A DNA stretch of 63,947 nucleotides, filler included, from an uncultured Gemmatimonadota bacterium (lineage in GTDB: Bacteria; Blakebacterota; Blakebacteria; Blakebacterales; Blakebacteraceae): the NCBI GenBank assembly GCA_964576115.1. It is 4 parts of 4 records of this genome, joined end to end, with 100 filler letters (N's around TTAATTAATTAA, not from the genome) between each part and the next. Parts side by side here need not be neighbours in the genome. Positions count along the whole stretch, not along the records: positions 19,260 to 38,239 come from CAZNUA010000057.1; positions 38,340 to 57,191 come from CAZNUA010000058.1; 2 more parts are not named here. One strand, written 5' to 3'. Made by a program: the position numbers and the translations under genes. The first letter of the stretch is position 1, and every line of letters starts with the position of its first letter. The notes below the pieces were generated by a model. The model did not search any database. It was not told where the DNA came from and saw only the letters and a list, made by a program, of their open reading frames with translations. Below, piece by piece: positions 30,780-38,789 of the stretch.

Positions 30780-32255
30780 ATGACACCGATGCGATCACAC
30801 TTGAAGAGGACTTTCAGCAAGAGAAACTTCAGCCGGTTCATGGTCGTTCTGCTCGGTTTCTGCGTCGGACTCGGTGCGAAGGCCCAGGAATCCGGCGGAA
30901 TTCAGGTGGGCGTCGGCCGGAGCGGTAGCTGGCAGCAGCAACTGCGTAACAGCCTGAACGAGAAAGGGATATATCTGAGTCTGGTCTATACCGGCGATGC
31001 CGTTGCTACTCTCACCGGCGGGAACCGGCGCGGACTGACCGGACTCGGCGTGGCCGACATCATCGCTCTGGTCGAGCTCGAGCCCGTGCTGGGATGGCGC
31101 AACGCTACCCTCGGGATCGACCTGGTGGGCATTCACGGCCAGGATCCCGGACGTTATACCGGCGACCTGCAGGGGGTCAGCAACATCGCAGCGCCTGCGG
31201 CGGTGCGGTTGTACGAGTGGTGGATACAGCAGCGACTCTTCTCCGATCGGCTTTCGGTTCTGGCGGGAGCGTACGACCTGAACGCGTCCTTCGATGTCAT
31301 CGAGACCGGTGTTCTTTTCCTCAACGGTTCGGCGGGTATGGGACCCGATTTCGCCGCCCACGGCCGCAACGGCGCACCGACCTACCCCTATCCCGCCCTG
31401 GGAGTGAGGGTGGGAACCAGGCTCTCGGAGCGGCTGTCCCTGCAGGCCGCCCTGACCGACGGCGTGCCGGGCGATCCGCGCGATCCGGAATCCACCAGCT
31501 TCCGCTTCGCGACCGGCGAGGGCGTCCTGCTCTGCGCCGAGCTGGATTATGTCGTGGGAACCGAACAGCTGACCGTGCTTCCGCCCGTTTCCCGTCGGGT
31601 TCAGAACCGCCGGGGCCGGGTCGGTTTCCCGCGCGGCCGGGGATGGGGGGGAGAGCGAGGTTCGGGATCGGGCCGCGGCTGGGGAGCGGGCCGGGGCTGG
31701 GGCCGTTTCCGGGGCGGTCTGGAAGAGCCGGGGATCGAGGTTCCCGCCGAGACCTACCGCAAAGTCGCCCTGGGACTCTGGCGGTCGACTTGCGAGTTCA
31801 TGACCGCGCCCCCGCCCGGGGGGCCGGGCACCGGCCTTCAGAAGGGCACCTGGGGGGGCTACCTGCTGGCCGAGCGGATTCTCTCCTTTACACCGGAGGA
31901 ACCCGGGCGGTACGTCAGCGGATTCGTGCGGGCCGGTTTCGCCGACCACCGTGTCAATCCGGTCGACGCCTACATCGGCCTGGGGATCGTCCGCTCACAG
32001 GCCTTCATCGGACACGACCAGGACCAGATCGGGTTGGCTTTGATGGCGGCTCACGCGGGTGATCCCGTGCAGGCTGCAGCGGGAACCGGTGGGGGGAGCC
32101 ATGACTGGGAGATCGCCTGCGAGCTGACCTGGCGGACCCGCATCAACGCCTGGTTCGCGCTGCAGCCCGACCTGCAGTACATTATGCATCCGGGATGCGA
32201 CCCCGCCCGGGCAAACGCCCTGGTCATTGGTCTCCGGATGGAGCTGGCCCTGTGA
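30780..32255 (+). CDS. OprB-family carbohydrate-selective porin with Arg/Gly-rich insertion
   Basis: GDLQGVSNI, RLYEWWIQQ, FLNGS, PTYPYPALGVR, DQIGL, LQPDLQYIMHPG, NALVIGLR; start uncertain (30714-30789). Confidence 0.85.
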   Translation: MTPMRSHLKRTFSKRNFSRFMVVLLGFCVGLGAKAQESGGIQVGVGRSGSWQQQLRNSLNEKGIYLSLVYTGDAVATLTGGNRRGLTGLGVADIIALVELEPVLGWRNATLGIDLVGIHGQDPGRYTGDLQGVSNIAAPAAVRLYEWWIQQRLFSDRLSVLAGAYDLNASFDVIETGVLFLNGSAGMGPDFAAHGRNGAPTYPYPALGVRVGTRLSERLSLQAALTDGVPGDPRDPESTSFRFATGEGVLLCAELDYVVGTEQLTVLPPVSRRVQNRRGRVGFPRGRGWGGERGSGSGRGWGAGRGWGRFRGGLEEPGIEVPAETYRKVALGLWRSTCEFMTAPPPGGPGTGLQKGTWGGYLLAERILSFTPEEPGRYVSGFVRAGFADHRVNPVDAYIGLGIVRSQAFIGHDQDQIGLALMAAHAGDPVQAAAGTGGGSHDWEIACELTWRTRINAWFALQPDLQYIMHPGCDPARANALVIGLRMELAL

Positions 32256-33211
32256 GAATCCGAACGATCGTTCTCCTGCCTTTCGTTCTCGTCGCCATCG
32301 GCTGTTCGCGCGACAGGGTGAACGAAGGCATGAATCCGGCCGCAGAGTTCGGCCTCACCGCTACCAATGCTTTCTTCTACTACCACGATCTCGAGCGGGC
32401 CGCCGATTTCTATACCCGCACCCTCGGTCTGCGGCTGGTTGCGGACTACGGTTTTGCAAAGATCGTGCAGGTGGCGTCGACCTCATACCTGACCCTGGTA
32501 GACGGCACCGCGGGTATGCATTCGCCCGACGAACCGAAAACCGTGGCCCTGGCGCTCGTTACCGATCAGCTCGAGGAGTGGTACGCCTATCTGCGAGGTG
32601 AGGAGGTCGGCCTGCGGCACGACTTCAATCCCGTCGCCGGCCGACCCCACCACGGCTTCGTGGTTCTCGATCCGGAGGGATACTACCTGGAGTTCGAGCG
32701 GTTCAACGAGCATCCCGAGAACGAGCGCTTCATGCCGCGGCTCGATGCTCTCGAGACACTCGCACCGGCGAGCGGGCAGGAGACCACCGTTCCTCCTGGG
32801 CTCGGTTTCAAAGCCACCGTGCTCTGGCTCTACTACCGTGACTGCGACGCCATCCGGGCCTTTTGGGCCGACACGGTGGGTTTCGAGGAGGTGGTCGATC
32901 AGGGCTGGGCCTGGATCTGCCAGGCTTCTCCTTCCGGTTTCATCGGACCGGTGGATGAAACACGGGGTATGCACAACTGGACGGCCGAGAAAGCCGTCAC
33001 GGTCTCCTTTCTGACCGACGACCTGGAGGGCTGGTTTGAGCACGTACGGGAGACCGGCGCCTTCGATCTGCGTCATACCGACATCCAGGTCGATGACGAG
33101 GGACGCTATCGCGCCTTCGTGGGCTATGATCCCGAGGGGTATTACCTCGAGTTCGATACGTTCCTGCCGCACACCATGAATACCGGATTGCTGGAATCGC
33201 TCGGGCGCTGA
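32252..33211 (+). CDS. VOC/glyoxalase-fold lipoprotein with two internal repeats
   Basis: GTG overlaps porin stop (GTGA); lipobox AIGC; repeated DPEGYYLEFERF / DPEGYYLEFDTF; DLERAADFY. Confidence 0.8.
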   Translation: MRIRTIVLLPFVLVAIGCSRDRVNEGMNPAAEFGLTATNAFFYYHDLERAADFYTRTLGLRLVADYGFAKIVQVASTSYLTLVDGTAGMHSPDEPKTVALALVTDQLEEWYAYLRGEEVGLRHDFNPVAGRPHHGFVVLDPEGYYLEFERFNEHPENERFMPRLDALETLAPASGQETTVPPGLGFKATVLWLYYRDCDAIRAFWADTVGFEEVVDQGWAWICQASPSGFIGPVDETRGMHNWTAEKAVTVSFLTDDLEGWFEHVRETGAFDLRHTDIQVDDEGRYRAFVGYDPEGYYLEFDTFLPHTMNTGLLESLGR

Positions 33212-33330
33212 GCGTCTGCCGGCGTGAAGCCAACGGTCGGGATCATTGCACGATAGAACAGAGACGCGGTATCCACGTGTACAGACCATTCCATGTCCCG
33301 CCCACTCATTCCAGCGGGGGGTTTGAGACC

Positions 33331-36222
33331 ATGTGTTCTTCACGAATACAGACGACGATTCGACTGTTCCTGATCGCTGCGGTTGCGGTGACTGCGGTTC
33401 CGGTTTCAACTGCAGCGCAGGAAACAGAGCACCCGATTTTCGGACACTACAGCTGGCGCCAGATCGGGCCGGCTAACATGTCGGGCCGGGTCAGCGACCT
33501 GGCCGTACCGCCCGGCGGCGAGGCCTCGACCATCTACGTGGCCGCTGCGGCCGGGGGTGTGTGGAAGACGATCAATAACGGCACCACCTGGGAGCAGGTC
33601 TTCGAAGGGGGGAAAACGGCCGCGGTCGGCGATATCGCCATCGCCCCGTCGGATCCCGATGTGATTTATCTCGGCATGGGCGAGCCGCACTCGCGAAACT
33701 CGATCAGCTGGGGGGACGGAGTCTGGCGTTCGACCGATGCCGGCGAGACCTGGGAGCACCTGGGCCTGGAAGACACCCGTCACATCGGCCGGATCGCGGT
33801 CGACCCGCGCGACCCCGACGTGGTCTACGTGGCCGCGCTCGGCAATCTCTGGGACACCGGCGCGGGGGAGCGGGGTCTGTTCAAGTCCACCAACGGGGGA
33901 CGGCGCTGGCGCAAACTGATGGGTTTCGATGACGGCACCGGTTTCTATGATGTCGCCCTCGATCCCTCCAACCCCGATATCGTCTGGGCCACCTCGTGGA
34001 AGCGGGATCGCAAGCCGTGGGTTTTCCTCTCAGGGGGCGGTCCGAACAACGGGATCTGGAAGTCCACCGACGGCGGCGACACCTTCACCCGTATTGAAGG
34101 CAACGGTCTGCCCCCAACCGATCAGAACGGCAAGACCAGTATCGAAATCTTCCCCGACGATCCCCGGATCGTTTTCGCCCGGATTGAGAACTTCGCTACC
34201 GATCCCGACGCTCCCGAGCCGGAAATTCCGGAGGGGGTGCCTCAGGAGTTCCGGGGGCGGATGCGGGCTGCGCCGACCATGAACGGTACCTGGCGCACGA
34301 CCGACGGCGGTCGCAGCTGGGAGCGTCTCGACCGGCGCAACGGCCGTCCCTTCTACTACTGCCAGCTCCGAGTCGACCCCCACGACGCCAACACCGTCTA
34401 CCTGATCGAGACCAACCTCTACCGGGTGGATGTCGACAAGGCGATGGAGTTCGTGGATGACTACGAAAGCTCCGGGCGGGGCGGCTACGGCGGTTACGGC
34501 GGCGCCGGAGGCGGTGAGGACCGCGGGGTATACAACATCACCAACGGGCACCACGTCGACTTCCACGCCATGTGGATCGACCCCTACAACAGCGATCACC
34601 TGGTCGTCGGTTCCGACGGCGGGGTGTCGGTCAGCTGGGACCGGGGCGAGAACTGGAAGTTCTGTGCCAATCTCTGCCTGGGGCAGTTCTACGCTGTCGG
34701 GTTCGATATGGCCCAGCCGTACAACGTCTACGGCGGCCTGCAGGACAACGGCACCTGGGGGGGGCCCCACCACTCGCTGAGCTCACGTGGGATCCTGAAC
34801 AAGCACTGGCGAAACTACTCGGGCGGCGACGGTTTCCACGCCCAGGTCGACCCGGTGGATCCCGACATCGTTCTCTACTGCGAGAGCCAGGGGGGCAGTA
34901 TGTCGCGGATCAACATCCGGACCGGCGAATCATCCCGGATAGTGCCCCAGGCGCCCCGCGAGATGCGACAGCCACGCGGCGAGGCGAGCGAGCAGCAGCG
35001 CCAGATGATGGCCCGCATGGGCATGGGCGGGATGGGGCGGTCGAATATCGTGCCGGCCCCCGAACCGGGGACGCGCTTCCGCTTCAACTGGAGCACGCCG
35101 ATCGTCATGTCGCCCCACAATCCGCGCACCATCTTCTTCGGCGGCCAGTATCTGTTCAAGAGCGTGAACCGGGGCGAGACCTGGTCGATCATCAGTCCCG
35201 ATCTGACGACCAATGACCCCGAGAAGTACGAGGCCCAAAACCGGGGCGATTCGTCGACCGGGGCCGAGAACCACTGCACCATCATCACCATCGGGGAATC
35301 GCCGCTCGTGCCGGGACTGATCTGGGCCGGAACCGATGATGGTCTGGTGCACGTGACCCGGGATGGTGGGGTGAGCTGGACCGAGGTAACCGGCAATGTC
35401 CCCGGCGTGCCTGCCAACACCTGGGTCAGCCGGGTGCGGCCGAGCGCCTTCGAAGCCGGTCGTTGCTATGTAACCTTCGACGGCCACCGCTTCGGAGACA
35501 TCGCAACCTATGTGTTCCGGACCGACGATTACGGTCAGACCTTTACCCGTCTGAGCGAAGGTCTGCCGAACGACGATCCGGCCTATGTCATCACCGAAGA
35601 CCCCGAGATCGCCAACCTGGTGTACCTGGGGACCGAACGGGGGATCTACGCCTCGGTCGATGCGGGGATGAGCTGGACGCCCTTCAGCAACAATCTGCCG
35701 GTCGTGCCGGTCCACGATATCGTTGTGCACCCGCGCGATCGCGACCTCGTCATCGCTACCCACGGTCTGGGGATCTGGGTCATGGATGACGTGGCCGGGC
35801 TGCAGTCGCTGACCCCCGAGGTGATGGACGAGGATTTCGCCCTGCTCGACATCCAGCCGGTCACGGTCTGGAACGTCGCCCGCGAGCAGGAGTACCCGGG
35901 CGACCAGGACTTCCAGGGCCGCAATCCCGCCGGCAACCTGAAGATCAACTACTGGTTGGGCTCGGAGGCCGGAACGGTGCAGATCACGATCACATCGGTC
36001 GACGGCGAGGTCGTGCGTCAGATGGAGGAGCCGGGCCGGGCGGGTCTGAACGTGGTCGAAGTGCCTCTGCGAGCGTCCTTCAGAATGGGGGGGATGCAGC
36101 GTGACCCGAACGCCCAGCGCCAGATGCCGCTGGGAGTGGGCAGCTATCGGCTGACTGTGACCTGCGGCGAGATGTCTGAAACAACGGTCATCGAGTTCAA
36201 ACCAGATCCACGGATCGGTTGA
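33331..36222 (+). CDS. Secreted VPS10/sortilin-like BNR-repeat beta-propeller (putative glycosyl hydrolase)
   Basis: WRQIGPANMSGRV, many SxDxGxTW Asp-boxes, YGGLQDNG, GGDGF, ISPDLT, ATHGLGIW. Confidence 0.88.
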   Translation: MCSSRIQTTIRLFLIAAVAVTAVPVSTAAQETEHPIFGHYSWRQIGPANMSGRVSDLAVPPGGEASTIYVAAAAGGVWKTINNGTTWEQVFEGGKTAAVGDIAIAPSDPDVIYLGMGEPHSRNSISWGDGVWRSTDAGETWEHLGLEDTRHIGRIAVDPRDPDVVYVAALGNLWDTGAGERGLFKSTNGGRRWRKLMGFDDGTGFYDVALDPSNPDIVWATSWKRDRKPWVFLSGGGPNNGIWKSTDGGDTFTRIEGNGLPPTDQNGKTSIEIFPDDPRIVFARIENFATDPDAPEPEIPEGVPQEFRGRMRAAPTMNGTWRTTDGGRSWERLDRRNGRPFYYCQLRVDPHDANTVYLIETNLYRVDVDKAMEFVDDYESSGRGGYGGYGGAGGGEDRGVYNITNGHHVDFHAMWIDPYNSDHLVVGSDGGVSVSWDRGENWKFCANLCLGQFYAVGFDMAQPYNVYGGLQDNGTWGGPHHSLSSRGILNKHWRNYSGGDGFHAQVDPVDPDIVLYCESQGGSMSRINIRTGESSRIVPQAPREMRQPRGEASEQQRQMMARMGMGGMGRSNIVPAPEPGTRFRFNWSTPIVMSPHNPRTIFFGGQYLFKSVNRGETWSIISPDLTTNDPEKYEAQNRGDSSTGAENHCTIITIGESPLVPGLIWAGTDDGLVHVTRDGGVSWTEVTGNVPGVPANTWVSRVRPSAFEAGRCYVTFDGHRFGDIATYVFRTDDYGQTFTRLSEGLPNDDPAYVITEDPEIANLVYLGTERGIYASVDAGMSWTPFSNNLPVVPVHDIVVHPRDRDLVIATHGLGIWVMDDVAGLQSLTPEVMDEDFALLDIQPVTVWNVAREQEYPGDQDFQGRNPAGNLKINYWLGSEAGTVQITITSVDGEVVRQMEEPGRAGLNVVEVPLRASFRMGGMQRDPNAQRQMPLGVGSYRLTVTCGEMSETTVIEFKPDPRIG

Positions 36223-36289
36223 GAGGAGCGTTGGACACTACGTAACCGAAACCAGTCTTGCCGGATTGAGGTATGGTATCGTAGCTTCA

Positions 36290-36319
36290 GAGCCCGCCGG
36301 GAGAAAACCCGGCGGGCTC
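36290..36319. terminator. GC-rich hairpin, possible terminator
   Basis: GAGCCCGCCGGG-AGAAAA-CCCGGCGGGCTC perfect 12-bp stem 67 bp after the VPS10 gene; no U-tract. Confidence 0.5.
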
Positions 36320-36365
36320 CGGGGAAGGGGCCGGATCTGTCCTATAGTACGGAAGCGAGTGCGGT

Positions 36366-36980
36366 TTGACATCTGAGGACAGTACTGTGGCGGTCATCGG
36401 CATCCCCCGCAGCGGGACGACCTGGCTCTTTCGCTCCCTGGCGGATCTGGAACCGGGCTCGACCGTTCCCAAAGGCGAACACTACCGCCGTCTGCCCTTC
36501 ATCAAAGCTCACAGTCTGGCGCCACCGGAAACCTTCGGTGATCCGCGGGCGTCCGAACTCGCCGCTCACTGCGGGCGGGGGGGCAGGTGCATCTTCCTCT
36601 TCGGCGATCCGGTGGAGTCGGTGATCTCGACACGGATGCGCCGGTGGACCGCCGATCACGCCATGAACTGCGGATTTTTCGAGCCGCTCGATTCAGCCGA
36701 TATCTACTGCAGAGACTGCTTCAACTACGAGCGGATGTTCGACAGCTGGATGAAAACCCACCGGTTCCCCGTTCTGGCTCTGCGCTATGAGACTGTCGGG
36801 CGGCATCTGGCCACGATCGAATCCTTCCTCGGTCGGGCGGTCCGATGGAATCCCCTGAAGACGCGCCGCCGATCGAACCGCCGCCGGGTCAGCCGCAGGG
36901 ACCTGCGGACGATCGAAGAAACCTACGCAACGCTGATCGACAAGGTGAACACCGCCCCCGATATCAGTCACCGGGGCTGA
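36366..36980 (+). CDS. Sulfotransferase-like P-loop protein
   Basis: 5'-PSB-like IGIPRSGTTW, IKAH, DPVESVIS, LRYE; start uncertain. Confidence 0.65.
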   Translation: MTSEDSTVAVIGIPRSGTTWLFRSLADLEPGSTVPKGEHYRRLPFIKAHSLAPPETFGDPRASELAAHCGRGGRCIFLFGDPVESVISTRMRRWTADHAMNCGFFEPLDSADIYCRDCFNYERMFDSWMKTHRFPVLALRYETVGRHLATIESFLGRAVRWNPLKTRRRSNRRRVSRRDLRTIEETYATLIDKVNTAPDISHRG

Positions 36981-36992
36981 ATCGGGATACGA

Positions 36993-37922
36993 TCAGCGCT
37001 TTTCCATCCGGATCGGCTGCGTGGTCGTGACGCGGGACCTGACCAGCAGATTGGGAACTTCGACCGTCTTGTACTCCACCGACGACACCCGGAGCAGATA
37101 CCGGCCGGGGGGCACGTTGATGATGACGTATTCCCCCTCGGCATTCGTGAAGGCGCCCAGGTTGGTCGCCGTCCCGTCGGGTTCGAACAGGACCACGTTG
37201 ACCGCCGCCAGGGGAGCGCCGCTCTCGGCGTCGGTGACCGTGCCCCTGATGCGGCCGGTCATGTTGATCGGCATCATCTGGATATCCTGCCTGGTGGTCT
37301 GAGCGGGTGTCACGAGCAGGTCTCGCACATCAACGTGCGTGTAGCCCACCATGGTGGCCCTGAGCATGTAGCGGTCGGGGGTGATGTTGATGATCGTATA
37401 TTCACCGTCGGCATTGGTGAACGCCCCCTGTTCGGTGATCGTACAGTCGGTGGTGAGCACGCCCACATTGACCGCCGCTATCGGTTCCCCGGTCGCCGCA
37501 TCGGTGATGCTCCCGCGGATGATACCGCTGGCCGGTCGGGGTTCGAGCTGGAAATTCTGTCGCGTGGTCACCCCCACGGTCACCAGCAATTCGGGCACCA
37601 TGACGGTGGTGTAACCCGACTCGATGGCCTTGAGCTGATAGCGACCCGGGCCCACGTTGGCGATCAGGTACTCGCCCTCGTACCCGGTGTAGGAGCCGAT
37701 ATTGAGCGGCCTGCCGTCGATCGAGAAGAGACCGACGGTCACCCCCGGCATCGGGACGCCGGTGGCAGTCTCGGTCACTACCCCACGGATCTCGCCGAAG
37801 CGGCCCTGGGCTGGTGCCGAAGCGGGGAGCATGACCAGGATCGCGAGCAGAGCGACCGGAACGCAAAGGGAAGAGCAGTGGTTGAGCGGGGAGCGGGACG
37901 AATTGATCCGGATCGGATTCAT
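36993..37922 (-). CDS. Secreted protein of three tandem carboxypeptidase-regulatory-like (CarboxypepD_reg) domains
   Basis: Signal peptide; three repeats G-x-I-R-G-x-V/I-T..TG.P...V.V...T..EGEY.I.N..P.RY.L....GY; ATG 37922 after GGAGGG. Confidence 0.8.
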   Translation of the reverse strand: MNPIRINSSRSPLNHCSSLCVPVALLAILVMLPASAPAQGRFGEIRGVVTETATGVPMPGVTVGLFSIDGRPLNIGSYTGYEGEYLIANVGPGRYQLKAIESGYTTVMVPELLVTVGVTTRQNFQLEPRPASGIIRGSITDAATGEPIAAVNVGVLTTDCTITEQGAFTNADGEYTIINITPDRYMLRATMVGYTHVDVRDLLVTPAQTTRQDIQMMPINMTGRIRGTVTDAESGAPLAAVNVVLFEPDGTATNLGAFTNAEGEYVIINVPPGRYLLRVSSVEYKTVEVPNLLVRSRVTTTQPIRMEKR

Positions 37923-38027
37923 GACGAACATCCCTCCAGAGTTCGAACGATATGGACGTCCCGTCGGGCAGGAACGCAGAGTGGGAGTCGAGCAGTGTTG
38001 TCGGCCGGGAACCCGGACGAAAAGAAG

Positions 38028-38036
38028 TGGTATAAT
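38028..38036 (+). promoter_or_regulatory. Extended -10 promoter element
   Basis: TGGTATAAT (TGn-TATAAT) about 95 bp upstream of ATG 38132. Confidence 0.45.
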
Positions 38037-38131
38037 GTTTCTGGTCGGTCCCTGTATCCAGGCTCCGGAGGTGAGACGACACCGAGCGGGATGATGTTTA
38101 TCTTTTCAGGATCGTTCGGGAAGAGGTCACA

Positions 38132-38239
38132 ATGAAAAAAACAGCCATATTCGTCATTCTGCTGACTCTGCCTGCCGCTGGTGCGGCCGCTCAGGATTAT
38201 CATTCCGGGATCGGTTTGCGGGCAGGGCTCTTCAACGGC
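38132..38239 (+). CDS. 5' fragment of an exported (possibly outer-membrane beta-barrel) protein, truncated by contig end
   Basis: MKKTAIFVILLTLPAAGAAAQDYHSGIGLRAGLFNG after GAGG; clear signal peptide. Confidence 0.55.
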
Positions 38240-38339
38240 NNNNNNNNNNNNNNNNNNNNNNNNNNNNNNNNNNNNNNNNNNNNTTAATTAATTAANNNNN
38301 NNNNNNNNNNNNNNNNNNNNNNNNNNNNNNNNNNNNNNN
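38240..38339. other. Artificial contig linker
   Basis: N44-TTAATTAATTAA-N44. Confidence 0.98.
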
Positions 38340-38340
38340 C

Positions 38341-38454
38341 GAAGCACCCGAAGCGGAAGACGCGCCCGAGGCTCCCGCAGCGGTCGCGGAGCCCGTCGTT
38401 CCCGAACCGGTACTCGATCCCGAGGTGACCGACGAGGCGGAACGCGAGGCGTGA
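38341..38454 (+). CDS. Acidic C-terminal tail of the upstream gene, probably NusA
   Basis: EAPEAEDAPEAPAAVAEPVVPEPVLDPEVTDEAEREA*, GTGA overlap with L7Ae gene; identity inferred only from operon position. Confidence 0.4.
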   Translation, partial: EAPEAEDAPEAPAAVAEPVVPEPVLDPEVTDEAEREA

Positions 38455-38789
38455 GCGGTGAGGGCGGAGCAGATCTGTACGGTTATCTCGGACTTGCCCG
38501 GAAGGGCGGCAACCTGGTATGGGGGCGCGATGCGGTCCGTGATGCAGTCAGGAGCGGTCGGGCGGCGCTCATCGTCCTGAGCGCCGATGCCGGAACAGCC
38601 CTGGTCAGGAGCATGACCGGTTCCGGGCGGGCGGCGGAGGTACCGCTGCTCGTCTACGGAACCAAAGAAGAGATGGGAAGAGCCCTCGGTCGGCACGAGA
38701 CGGCGGTCGTCGCCGTGACCGACCCGGGACTTGCGGAAGCGGTTCGGAGATCAGCCGGGACCGCACCTCGCAAACGGAGGAACGTTTGA
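38451..38789 (+). CDS. Ribosomal L7Ae/L30e-family RNA-binding protein (YlxQ-like)
   Basis: LGLARKGGNLVWGRDAV, LIVLSADA, GTKEEMGRALGR, VVAVTDPGLA; upstream of infB. Confidence 0.88.
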   Translation: MSGEGGADLYGYLGLARKGGNLVWGRDAVRDAVRSGRAALIVLSADAGTALVRSMTGSGRAAEVPLLVYGTKEEMGRALGRHETAVVAVTDPGLAEAVRRSAGTAPRKRRNV

